64,000 nucleotides of DNA from an uncultured Gemmatimonadales bacterium. GTDB taxonomy: Bacteria; Gemmatimonadota; Gemmatimonadetes; Gemmatimonadales; GWC2-71-9. The stretch spans positions 192,001 to 256,000 of the forward strand of contig CAWHFW010000002.1 in NCBI GenBank assembly GCA_963828735.1, written 5' to 3'. The notes beneath the pieces are model-generated. The model saw nothing but the letters and a program-made list of their open reading frames with translations, was not told where the DNA came from and made no database searches. Below, piece by piece: positions 40,203 through 48,855 of the stretch; positions within the stretch are counted from its first letter, which is position 1; every line of letters starts with the position of its first letter. Made by a program: the position numbers and the translations under genes.

Positions 40203-42226
40203 CAGCGCCACTCCTCGACGACGCGATCGGCGACCGCGGGCCACTCCCACACCATCTTCTCGCGGCTGCGGGTGGCGCTGGTGCCCGGGGCGACGATGCC
40301 GCTCGAACGGCCGGACGGCTTACGTGGTGCCGGCGCGGTGGCCGCGGGCTCTTCCAGGACCTCGCGCGCGAGCGCCGCGGTGGCCGGCGCGCCGCGCGCT
40401 GCGGCGGCCTCGAGGACGCGCTGCAGGAGGGCCTGTGCGGCGCGGATCGAATCCGCGGGGCGATCGGCGAGATAGGCCGCGAGGTCCGGCTCGGGAGCGC
40501 CGAGCTTGGTCTCGAGGTCGCGCGCCAGTACGCATTGGCGCACCGATGCGTCGGGCTGGGGCAGCTCGACCACCAGCCCGCCTTCGAGGCGCGACCGGAG
40601 GCGGGGCTCGACCCCCGTCAACTCGGCTAACGGGGCCGCGCAGCTGAACACGAGCTGGCGGCCGCCGTCCATGAGCGCGTTGAACAGGACGAAGAGCTCG
40701 TCCTGGGTCCGATCCTTGGCGGCAATGAGGTGGACGTCGTCCAGCAGGAACGCGGCCGCCCGGCGATAGCGCGCCCGCCAGGCCGCCACCCCATCGCGGT
40801 TGATCGCCTCGATCAACTCACCGGTGAACTCGGGCGCGCTGAGGCAGGCGATCGGCTCCCCCTGCTCGGCGAGCGCGTTGCCGATCGCGTGCAGCAGGTG
40901 CGTCTTGCCGACGGCCGGACCGCCCACGAGCACCAGCGGGTTGTAGCGGTCACCCGGATTCGCCGCGACGGCGCGCGCGGCCTCGACCACCACCCGGTTG
41001 GCCGGTGTTTCGACGAAACCCTCCAGCCGCCAGAGCGGTGACGGCGCGGGCGGCGGCGGTCCTTCTTCCCGCGCCTGCCGCAGTGCTTCTTCGGCACCGG
41101 CCAGATTCGCCGGATCGCGGAAGGCGGCCGAGCCGGCGAGCTCGGGCGCGAGCGCCTCCGCCTCCGCCTGCAGCGCCTGCAGGCGCTCCACGTCTTCCTC
41201 GAACTCGCGCAACGCGCGCTCGGGGTCGTTCACCATTTCCTGCTCGAGCAACGCCTCGAGCTGCGCGGTGCGGAAGCCCTCGCCCTGCCAGCGGAGGATT
41301 GCGGCGCTGACCCGGGCTCGCCAGGCGTCCACTTGCTGCGCGACGGTGGCGGCAATCTCGGAGAGGAAATCGTCGAACTCGGACGGGGCGGAGGCGGCGG
41401 CTGTCGCCGGCTGCCGCTCGGCGGCGACGGCCACGAGCTCCGGACGCGCGGACCGCGCGGGCTGCTCGATCTTTTCCGTCTTGTCCCCCGCGTCCGCCGC
41501 CGCCGTCGCCTCTCCGCCCACCAGCATCTGCGCCTGCTGGGCCGTCAATGGCTTCTCGCTCACCGCCTGGAACGCGATGATCCGATTGAGCCCGCCGAGC
41601 AGCTCGCGGACGTTGTCGATGTCCAGCGCCGCGACGGCCTCGAGCACGCCCTCGCCGAACGTGGCGCGGCGCTCGTCCGCCTTCCGGCGGAGGATCGCGA
41701 CCCGCGTCTCGTAATCGGGCGCGGCGACGTCGATGATGAGCCCGCCCGCGAATCGGCGGATCAGCCGATCGTCGAGCGCCTCGATCTCGGCGGGCGGCCG
41801 GTCGCTCGTGAGCACGATCTGGCGGCTCGCCGTCTGGAGTGCGTCGGTGAGCCGAAGCAGCTCGGCCTGCATCTCCCGCCGGTGGGTCAGGAACTGCACA
41901 TCGTCCACCAGCAGCAGGTCCACATCGAGGAAACGCTTGCGGTAGGCTTCCCCATGCCCCGCCGCGATGGCCGCGTGAAAGGCTTCGACGAACTCGTCCA
42001 GCGTGAGATACTCGACGGCGAGACGCGGATTGATGGCGCGGGCCGCGTGGCCGATCGCCATCAGCAAATGCGTCTTTCCCAAGCCTGGCCGGGCGTACAC
42101 GAAGAGCGGGTTGTACACCGTGCCGGGCGACTCCGCGACGGCCTTCGCGGCGGTCACGGCAAGCCGGTTGGCCGCCCCGACCACGAGCGTGTCGAACCGA
42201 TAGAGCGGGTTGAGCGTGACGGTCAC
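40202..42226 (-). CDS. Tandem DnaA/Hda-type AAA+ ATPase lacking DnaA domains I and IV
   Basis: Two copies of the N-R..YNPL..GKTHLL..DDV..R-x-x-R..GGL initiator-clade module. No HTH after either copy. Confidence 0.85.
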   Translation of the reverse strand: MTVTLNPLYRFDTLVVGAANRLAVTAAKAVAESPGTVYNPLFVYARPGLGKTHLLMAIGHAARAINPRLAVEYLTLDEFVEAFHAAIAAGHGEAYRKRFLDVDLLLVDDVQFLTHRREMQAELLRLTDALQTASRQIVLTSDRPPAEIEALDDRLIRRFAGGLIIDVAAPDYETRVAILRRKADERRATFGEGVLEAVAALDIDNVRELLGGLNRIIAFQAVSEKPLTAQQAQMLVGGEATAAADAGDKTEKIEQPARSARPELVAVAAERQPATAAASAPSEFDDFLSEIAATVAQQVDAWRARVSAAILRWQGEGFRTAQLEALLEQEMVNDPERALREFEEDVERLQALQAEAEALAPELAGSAAFRDPANLAGAEEALRQAREEGPPPPAPSPLWRLEGFVETPANRVVVEAARAVAANPGDRYNPLVLVGGPAVGKTHLLHAIGNALAEQGEPIACLSAPEFTGELIEAINRDGVAAWRARYRRAAAFLLDDVHLIAAKDRTQDELFVLFNALMDGGRQLVFSCAAPLAELTGVEPRLRSRLEGGLVVELPQPDASVRQCVLARDLETKLGAPEPDLAAYLADRPADSIRAAQALLQRVLEAAAARGAPATAALAREVLEEPAATAPAPRKPSGRSSGIVAPGTSATRSREKMVWEWPAVADRVVEEWR

Positions 42227-42825
42227 GCGACCGGGCTCCCGACCGCGAGGCGCTTGAGCACGAGCTCCGAAATGCCTCGCAGCGTCTCGAAGACGCCGCT
42301 CCCGTGCAGGGCGTCGGCCCCATAGCTCGGCACCGCGCGGAAGTTGAGCGCGTCGTCCATCTCCTCCTGGGAGAGGATCAGGTCGCCGGGGAGGTCCTGC
42401 TTGTTGTACTGGAACACGACCGGGAGCTGGCGGACGTCGACCCCCTGCGCGAGCAGGTTGTCCTGCAGGTTCTGCAGGCTCTCGAGGTTGTCGTCGAAGC
42501 GGCGCGCCTGGCTGTCACCCACGAACACCACGCCGTCCGCCCCCTGGAGCACGAGCTTCCGGGTCGCGTTGTAGTAGCTCTGACCGGGCACGGTGTACAG
42601 CTGGAACTTGGTCGTGAAGCCGGAGATAGTTCCGAGCTCGAGCGGCAGGAAATCGAAGAACAGCGTGCGATCGGTCTGCGTCGCGAGCGAGACCATCCGT
42701 CCACGACGGCTCTCGGGCACGCGACCGTAGACGTACTGCAGATTGGTCGTCTTCCCGGACCGCCCGGGCCCGTAGTAGACGATCTTGCAGGTGATCTCGC
42801 GTGCCGTAAAGTTGACGAGGGACAT
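42223..42825 (-). CDS. mglA: MglA-family small Ras-like GTPase
   Basis: KIVYYGPGRSGKTTNL, DRTLFFDFLP, LYTVPGQ, GADGVVFV, YNKQDL match the Myxococcus MglA signature. Confidence 0.93.
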   Translation of the reverse strand: MSLVNFTAREITCKIVYYGPGRSGKTTNLQYVYGRVPESRRGRMVSLATQTDRTLFFDFLPLELGTISGFTTKFQLYTVPGQSYYNATRKLVLQGADGVVFVGDSQARRFDDNLESLQNLQDNLLAQGVDVRQLPVVFQYNKQDLPGDLILSQEEMDDALNFRAVPSYGADALHGSGVFETLRGISELVLKRLAVGSPVA

Positions 42826-42830
42826 GCCGG

Positions 42831-43292
42831 TTACCGTCCGAAAAGCGCTTTGAGACTCGCGTTGAGCTCGGTCTCGAAATTTTCCGCCAGCATCGGCGCC
42901 GGCGGTTGTTCCCGCGGCGACGCGGCGGCGAGCTGCCGCACCATCTGATCGAAGAACAGCCGCACGATTCCCACCGAGGTCTCGGGGCCGAAGACCACCA
43001 GGCCGATCCACCGTCCGCGCGGCGTCGTGAACGCGGCGAGCATGCAGCTCTGCCGCTGGCCGTGGTGCACCACGGCCTCGAACCGGGTCGCGCCCATGAG
43101 CCGCGCCAGCTCCTCGGTCGAGGCCACGATGCCCGCGCCCAGGGCGGCCGCGGTCATCACGTCGAGCGACCGCGAGAACCCGTGCTGCGCCACCACCTGG
43201 CCGGAGGATGTCATGAGCAGGGTGAGCCGGGCGGCGCTCTCGGCGAGAAACGTCTCGAGCGGCTCGACCACCCACGGCTCCAGCGCCTTCAT
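42831..43292 (-). CDS. mglB: Roadblock/LC7 protein, MglB-like GAP
   Basis: Directly upstream of mglA. LMTSSGQVVAQHG, AAALGAG..ASTEELARLMG, SVGIVRL. Confidence 0.72.
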   Translation of the reverse strand: MKALEPWVVEPLETFLAESAARLTLLMTSSGQVVAQHGFSRSLDVMTAAALGAGIVASTEELARLMGATRFEAVVHHGQRQSCMLAAFTTPRGRWIGLVVFGPETSVGIVRLFFDQMVRQLAAASPREQPPAPMLAENFETELNASLKALFGR

Positions 43293-43639
43293 CAGCCGAG
43301 CCGGCCGGCGGCGTCGAGCATTTCCAGCCGAGCCAGTCCCAGGTTCGCGTCCGGCCCGACCACGGCGACGAGGACCAGGTCCTCGGGGCCCAGCGCCGCC
43401 AGCACGCTGCCGCCCTCGCCGCGCAGCTGCACGAAGGCCGGCGGGCGGAGTCCGGCGCTCTCCGCGGTGCGCACGAGACGCCCCACAAGGCTCCCGGTGA
43501 GCGCGGCGGCGGCCTGGCCGTCCACCCCCTCCATGAGCTGTTCGGCAACGACCAGCCCGTCACTGGCAGCCACGACGAGCGCGCCGCGCACGCCGCGCAC
43601 GCGGGTGATCCGGTCGAGCGCCGTCTGGGTCGCGGTCAT
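43292..43639 (-). CDS. Roadblock/LC7 protein
   Basis: RGVRGALVVAASDGLVV, AAAL, ANLGLARLEM. Confidence 0.85.
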   Translation of the reverse strand: MTATQTALDRITRVRGVRGALVVAASDGLVVAEQLMEGVDGQAAAALTGSLVGRLVRTAESAGLRPPAFVQLRGEGGSVLAALGPEDLVLVAVVGPDANLGLARLEMLDAAGRLG

Positions 43640-44487
43640 GCCTGCGCCTCGAGCCACGCTCGCGCGGCCCGCGCCGCCCGCTCGGCGAGGAGCGTGACCC
43701 TGCCCATCGGGAGCGCGGCCTCGCGTGCGGCCAGCACGACCGTGTCCGCGCTGGCGTGGGTGAGCACGACGTGGCCGTCCGGGGATTCGACGGCGATCGT
43801 GTGCCAGCTCCCGAGGCCCAGCAGGCGGGTCGCGCGCGCGGCCTCGCGGGACAGACCCGCGAGCTGTGCCGCCACCCGGTCTCCCGCGGGATCGCCGGGG
43901 TCCTCGGCCAGGCGACCACCGAGGCGAAGCCCGTTGGCGTCGACCAGCAGGAGGCCCTCCTCCCCATCGTCCAGGTCCTCGAACGGGCCCGCGACCGTGT
44001 CGTCCACCGGGGCGACGGGCGCGAGGGGCTGTTCCACGACCGGAGCCGGTGTCGCGGCTGGCGCCGGGGCCGTGCGCGCCGCGTCCCGGAGCGCGGGTCC
44101 GAGGCGGGCGATCGCCTGGCGGATCGAGGGGTCGTCCGGGTCCACGTCCAGCGCGCGCTGCAGGTGTTCGAGCGCGGCCGTCGTCTCGCCGGCGCGGAAA
44201 TAGAGGAAGGCGATTCCCTTGAGTGCGCTGGTCCGCATCGGGTCGAGCTGCAGCGCCGATGCCCAGGCGTCGAATGCGCCCGCGAGGTCGCCCTGATCGC
44301 TCAGGATCCGCGCCATCAGGTCGTGAGCGTCGGCCAGCCCCGGGTAACGGGTCAGCCCTCCACGTGCCACCTTGTGCGCCGCGTCGAGCTGGCCGCGGCC
44401 GCGCAGCGCTTCGGCGAGCTCCAGGAACGCGAGGCTCCCCGGCTCTTCCGCGATGCGAGCGGTCAGACGGCGGATGTCGTCAGTCAC
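43636..44487 (-). CDS. TPR-roadblock fusion protein
   Basis: N-terminal TPRs (PGSLAFLELAEALR), Pro/Ala linker, C-terminal roadblock (LLVDANGL...PMGRV). Confidence 0.8.
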   Translation of the reverse strand: MTDDIRRLTARIAEEPGSLAFLELAEALRGRGQLDAAHKVARGGLTRYPGLADAHDLMARILSDQGDLAGAFDAWASALQLDPMRTSALKGIAFLYFRAGETTAALEHLQRALDVDPDDPSIRQAIARLGPALRDAARTAPAPAATPAPVVEQPLAPVAPVDDTVAGPFEDLDDGEEGLLLVDANGLRLGGRLAEDPGDPAGDRVAAQLAGLSREAARATRLLGLGSWHTIAVESPDGHVVLTHASADTVVLAAREAALPMGRVTLLAERAARAARAWLEAQA

Positions 44488-45529
44488 GGAACCGCTCCAG
44501 CTCCCTCATGATCGTCTCCGCCGACTGACACAGCCGTGCGACGCTCGGGCTTTCCGCCTCTTCGCCCGGTGTGCGGTCGCCCAGCCGATTCCAGGACGCC
44601 CACAGCTCGAGCGCCTCGCCGAAGCGCCCGATGGCGGCGTAGCACAACCCCAGCAGGCGGCGCGCCTCGGGCATGAGGGGGTCGCTCCGCAGCACTTCCT
44701 CGAGGGCGCCGGCCGCGAGGTCGTACTGGCCTCCGGCCAGCGCCTCCCGCGCGGGCACCAGGAGCGCGGCCAGATCGCGTCCCGGCTCCGCTTCCTGGCC
44801 GGGGTGCGCGGGATCATCGAGTACCACGATGCCTGCGTTGGTGAGCCCGTATACCGTTCGCGCCACTTCGAACTCCGAGCGGCCCAGCATCTCGGCCAGC
44901 GAGTGCAGATCGCGGGCCCCGTCGACCGCCGCGAGCACTTCCCACTCGAAGGGAACGAGATCGAGCGTCTCGCTGCCCTGGGACTCGGGCGCGGGCAGTC
45001 GCGGGACCAGGCGGAGGTGCGAGACCTTGGATCCGATGCGCGACCACTCGTCGATGCGACGCGCCGCTTCCATCAGCAGCGCCTCGGTCGGGAATCGGAC
45101 CGGCGCCTCGACCGCCGCGTGACACGAGGCGCCCTCCTCGAAGCGGAAGTAGCCCTCCGACCAGCGCAGCAGCTCGAACACCGCTTCCTCGATCTGGGCC
45201 TTGAGCTGGCGGTCGAGCTCGCGACGGGAGATGACACCCAGGCTCACGAGGATGTCGCCGAGGCGGCGGTCGTCGCCGCTCGTCTGCATGCTGCGCGCGC
45301 GATCGAGGTCGGCGCCGGTGAGCTTTCCGGAGCGGACCAGGCGGGCGCCCAGCGGTTGGGGGTCGCTGCCGACGGCCGCGGCGACGACACCGCCTCGGTC
45401 GAAGCACACGGTGCCCGCCGTCTGGCGCAGCTCCGAGGTGACGCGCAGGACCCCGCTCTTCCGGCCGAGGTCGAGGAGCTGGAAGACGTCCTGAATGTGC
45501 AGGTCCTTGAGGGGCCCTTCGAGCGCCAT
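44480..45529 (-). CDS. DUF4388 + MshEN-like protein with C-terminal TPR
   Basis: MALEGPLKDLHIQDVFQLL...KSG, RLGDILVSLG, WSEGYFRF, LLMEAARRIDEW. Paralogue of 38586-40202. Confidence 0.85.
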   Translation of the reverse strand: MALEGPLKDLHIQDVFQLLDLGRKSGVLRVTSELRQTAGTVCFDRGGVVAAAVGSDPQPLGARLVRSGKLTGADLDRARSMQTSGDDRRLGDILVSLGVISRRELDRQLKAQIEEAVFELLRWSEGYFRFEEGASCHAAVEAPVRFPTEALLMEAARRIDEWSRIGSKVSHLRLVPRLPAPESQGSETLDLVPFEWEVLAAVDGARDLHSLAEMLGRSEFEVARTVYGLTNAGIVVLDDPAHPGQEAEPGRDLAALLVPAREALAGGQYDLAAGALEEVLRSDPLMPEARRLLGLCYAAIGRFGEALELWASWNRLGDRTPGEEAESPSVARLCQSAETIMRELERFRD

Positions 45530-45532
45530 CGC

Positions 45533-48220
45533 TCAGCCCACCGACGCGGCGAAGATGTGCTGGAGGTCGCGCGCGGAGCGCGCGCGCGTGCGCGCCTGCG
45601 CGGCGTAGGGGCCGGCGGGATCGAGCTGGACGACGCGCTCCCAGGCCTGAACGGCCTGATCGAACTGTCGCTGCCGCGCGAGCGCGCCGCCCTCGTAGTA
45701 GAGCGCCCCGGCGTGCTCGGGATCGAACCGGAGCACCCGCTCGAAGGCCTCCAGTGCCTGCACCGTGCGACCATCCTCCAGCAGTGCGCGGCCCAGCGCC
45801 GTGAGCGCCTCCAGCTCGTACGGGTCGGCCTCCAGTAGGCGGACCAGCACTCCGATGGCGGCGCGCGGCGTCTCGGTGCGGCGGAGGAGGTCCGCCAGGG
45901 CGATCGCCGCGGCGCTGTAGGTCGGCAGGAGATCGAGCGCCCGCTCGTATGCCGCCCGGGCCGCCGCCCAGTTCCCGCGCTCTTCCTCGATCCCGCCGAG
46001 CTCGAACCACACCCGCACGAGCGACGGATCGAGCTGGAGGGCCGCATTGAAGGCGGCGAGCGCAGCCGAGCGATCGCCCAGGCGGGCGGAGACCTGCGCC
46101 TGGAGGTGAAAGAGATCCGGCCGCCCGGGCTCGAGCGCCTGCGCCTCGCGGATGCAGTCCAGCGCGCCCAGCGCATCGCTCACCGCCAGACGGACGCGGG
46201 CCCGCGCAACCAGCACCTCCACGTCGCCGCGTACGCGGCGGGCCAGCTCGTCCGCCAGGGGCGCCGCGTCGCCGGCCCAGCCGAGGGCCAGGAGCGCGCG
46301 GATCTCACCGAGTGTGGCGTCGGGATCGTCGGGAGTCGCGGTCCGCGCGGCGCGGTAACGCTCGAGCGCCTCGCCGTACAGGCCGCGCTTGGCGAAGATG
46401 TCGCCGAGGAGGACCGCGGTCGCGCCCTGCGGCGCGCCGCGCGCCGCGGCCCGGCTCAGCTCGGCGGACGCGAGGTCGAGGAGTCCCTTGGCGATGTAGT
46501 CGCGCGCGAGGTCGAGCGCGTCTCCCACCGCGCCGTTACCATTGGCCGCGGCCACCGTCGGGGTGAGCTCGGCGAACAGCTGATCAAGCGCCGGCGGGTC
46601 GAACGCGAACTCCCCAGCGAGCTGGTCGCCGCCCACCTCCGCCGTCAGCTCGGGAGCGATCGCGATCGTGGGGTCTTCGTACTGCAGGTCGATGGTGAGC
46701 GAGAACTTCTGCGGCACGTACAGCGGCTCAAGCTCGAGCGCGCGGCGGGTCTCGCGCAGCGCGCCGTCGAAGTCGCCGAGCTGGCTCAGGACGAAGCTCA
46801 GGTTGTAGTGGGCGCCTGCCATCCCGGGGTCGGCGTCCACCGCGCGGCCGAACGCATTCCGTGCGTCCTCGAACCGGCGAAGCTCCATGAGCACGAGCCC
46901 GACGCCGTTCCAGGCGACGGCGCTCGCGCTCTGTTCCGAGAGGGCGCCCTGGTACTCGTCGAGGGCCTGGCGGAGCTGCCGGCGCTGGAGGAACAGGAGC
47001 CCGAGATTGAGCCGCGCGGCCAGCAGCGGCCGCTCGCCATCGAGCGCGCGGCGGAACGCGGCGATCGCGGCGTCGGCCGGCTCGCCCGCGCGCACGACGC
47101 CCAGGTTGTTCCAGGCGAGCTGGTAGCCGGGATCCACGGCCACGGCCCGCTCGTAGGAGGCGATGGCCTCGGCGCGCCGGCCGGCCTGGTGGAGGCAGAC
47201 CCCGCGCTCGTTCCACAGCTTGGGCGAGTCGGCATGCTCGCGGACGAGCGCCTCGTACAGCTCGAGCGCCGCGGGCAGCTCGCGCCGGAGCAGGCGCACC
47301 TCCGCCATCGCCTGCAGGGTCAGGCGGCGGTCTTCTCCCGCCTCGAGGGCTTGCCCGTACTCGCGCAGCGCCTCCTCGTGCAGGCCCTTCTGGCGAAAGG
47401 CGAGTCCGAGGTTGTAGTGGGCCAGCGCGCCGCCTTCGACGATTTGCGGACGCGCTGTCTGCCGGGCCGTCTGTCCCGCCGCCGCGCCCGACGGCCCATA
47501 GCGCTCCAGCGCGAGATTGGCCTGGGCCCGCGCCAGCGTCGGGTTCAGCTTGATGGCGTGCTTGGTCGCCTCGCGGGCCTCCTCGTGGCGGCCGATGTCG
47601 CCGTAGACGAAGGCAAGGAGATAGTGCGCCTCGGCGTAGTCGGGGTTCCGCGCGATGGCCTCGCGCAGGGCCTCGAGCGCCGGCTCGTTCAGGCCGCGGT
47701 TGTAGAGCACCTCGCCGTAGTAGAAGCGGGCCACCGCGCTGGCGGGGTCCTGCGAGCAGGCGCGCGCGAGCCAGTCCGTGGCGGTGTCGAGGTTGCCGCG
47801 GGCCTTCTCGGCCAGGCCGAGCTGCAGCATGGCGGGGACGTCCGAGGGCTGCCAGGCGAGCAGCGCCTGGAACTCCGCGATGGCGTCTGCGTGGCGGCCG
47901 AGGGCGGCGTACGCGCGCCCGAGTTCCCAACGGGCGTCGCGATCCTCGGGGTGCCGGCGGACGCGCTCCCGGAGCTCGGTGATGCGGCGGTCGTAATGGC
48001 CGCTCTCACGGTAGGCGATGTCGAGATTGCTTTGCGCGACCTGCATGCGCGGGTCGAGCTCGAGCGCGCGCACGAACTCGGCGATCGCGTCCTCGATCAG
48101 CCCCTTCTGATAGTAGAGGACGCCCAGGTTGTTGTGGGCGCCCGCGTCGGAGGGATCGATCCGGCGGGCAAAGGAGCGCAGGACGGCGAGATCGCGCTCC
48201 GACAGCACGGGCCCGGGCAT
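45533..48220 (-). CDS. Large multi-TPR scaffold protein
   Basis: Many repeats of the AHNNLG/AHYNLG/AWNNLG type; no signal peptide. Confidence 0.9.
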   Translation of the reverse strand: MPGPVLSERDLAVLRSFARRIDPSDAGAHNNLGVLYYQKGLIEDAIAEFVRALELDPRMQVAQSNLDIAYRESGHYDRRITELRERVRRHPEDRDARWELGRAYAALGRHADAIAEFQALLAWQPSDVPAMLQLGLAEKARGNLDTATDWLARACSQDPASAVARFYYGEVLYNRGLNEPALEALREAIARNPDYAEAHYLLAFVYGDIGRHEEAREATKHAIKLNPTLARAQANLALERYGPSGAAAGQTARQTARPQIVEGGALAHYNLGLAFRQKGLHEEALREYGQALEAGEDRRLTLQAMAEVRLLRRELPAALELYEALVREHADSPKLWNERGVCLHQAGRRAEAIASYERAVAVDPGYQLAWNNLGVVRAGEPADAAIAAFRRALDGERPLLAARLNLGLLFLQRRQLRQALDEYQGALSEQSASAVAWNGVGLVLMELRRFEDARNAFGRAVDADPGMAGAHYNLSFVLSQLGDFDGALRETRRALELEPLYVPQKFSLTIDLQYEDPTIAIAPELTAEVGGDQLAGEFAFDPPALDQLFAELTPTVAAANGNGAVGDALDLARDYIAKGLLDLASAELSRAAARGAPQGATAVLLGDIFAKRGLYGEALERYRAARTATPDDPDATLGEIRALLALGWAGDAAPLADELARRVRGDVEVLVARARVRLAVSDALGALDCIREAQALEPGRPDLFHLQAQVSARLGDRSAALAAFNAALQLDPSLVRVWFELGGIEEERGNWAAARAAYERALDLLPTYSAAAIALADLLRRTETPRAAIGVLVRLLEADPYELEALTALGRALLEDGRTVQALEAFERVLRFDPEHAGALYYEGGALARQRQFDQAVQAWERVVQLDPAGPYAAQARTRARSARDLQHIFAASVG

Positions 48221-48224
48221 CGGA

Positions 48225-48845
48225 TCAGGTCAGGCGGATGGCGTCGAAGATGGCCCGAAGCGACGGCGTGTCGGGCAGGAGCAGGAAATGGCCGCGCCAG
48301 GGCTCGGTCGTGTCCTCCACCCGGAACGAGGTCTCGACGCAGAAGACGAAGTCGCGATCGTGCCCGAAGTTGAGGTACGTCGTCGTGAGCACGGCCGCGC
48401 TCAGGTCGACGACCAGACTGGGCACCGAGGGGACCAGCATCATGCCCATGAAGTCGCTGAGCGCGTTCATGTACGCGCTCGCGAGGATGTTGCCGGCCTC
48501 CTTGAGGCCCGACTGCTCCATGGGGCCGAACTCGCCGGTCGTCCCGGCACTCCGCCTGAACAGTATATCACAGAGCGCTCGGGCCGACCCTTCGGGGAAC
48601 ATCACCAGCGTGCGACCGGTCAGGTCGCCCATCATGTGCATGAGCACGGCCGCGACCACCTCGTCGGGCGAGCCGACCAGGTCGGTGACCTCCTCGAGCG
48701 GCCGCACGTTGACCTCCGGCACGGCGATCATGATCGTGCGGTTGGTCATCTGCGACAACGCGGTCGCGGCGTGTCCGGCGCCGATGTTGGCGACCTCGCG
48801 CAGCGCGTCCAGCTGCAGCTCCTTCAGGCCCCGCACGTCTTCCAT
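48225..48845 (-). CDS. cheC: CheY-P phosphatase CheC
   Basis: DALREVANIGAGHAATALS and SGLKEAGNIL (two E-x-x-N active sites), PSVP. Confidence 0.92.
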   Translation of the reverse strand: MEDVRGLKELQLDALREVANIGAGHAATALSQMTNRTIMIAVPEVNVRPLEEVTDLVGSPDEVVAAVLMHMMGDLTGRTLVMFPEGSARALCDILFRRSAGTTGEFGPMEQSGLKEAGNILASAYMNALSDFMGMMLVPSVPSLVVDLSAAVLTTTYLNFGHDRDFVFCVETSFRVEDTTEPWRGHFLLLPDTPSLRAIFDAIRLT

Positions 48846-48855
48846 GAGTGTCTCC

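Noticed and set aside
40202..42226. Calling this gene the replication initiator dnaA, with oriC nearby
   Set aside because: No domain I or IV, no dnaN/recF/gyrB neighbours, and no intergenic space, DnaA-box cluster or AT-rich unwinding element seen.
45533..48220. DNA-level repeats in the TPR genes
   Set aside because: Similarity is explained by protein TPR periodicity; no exact nucleotide array.
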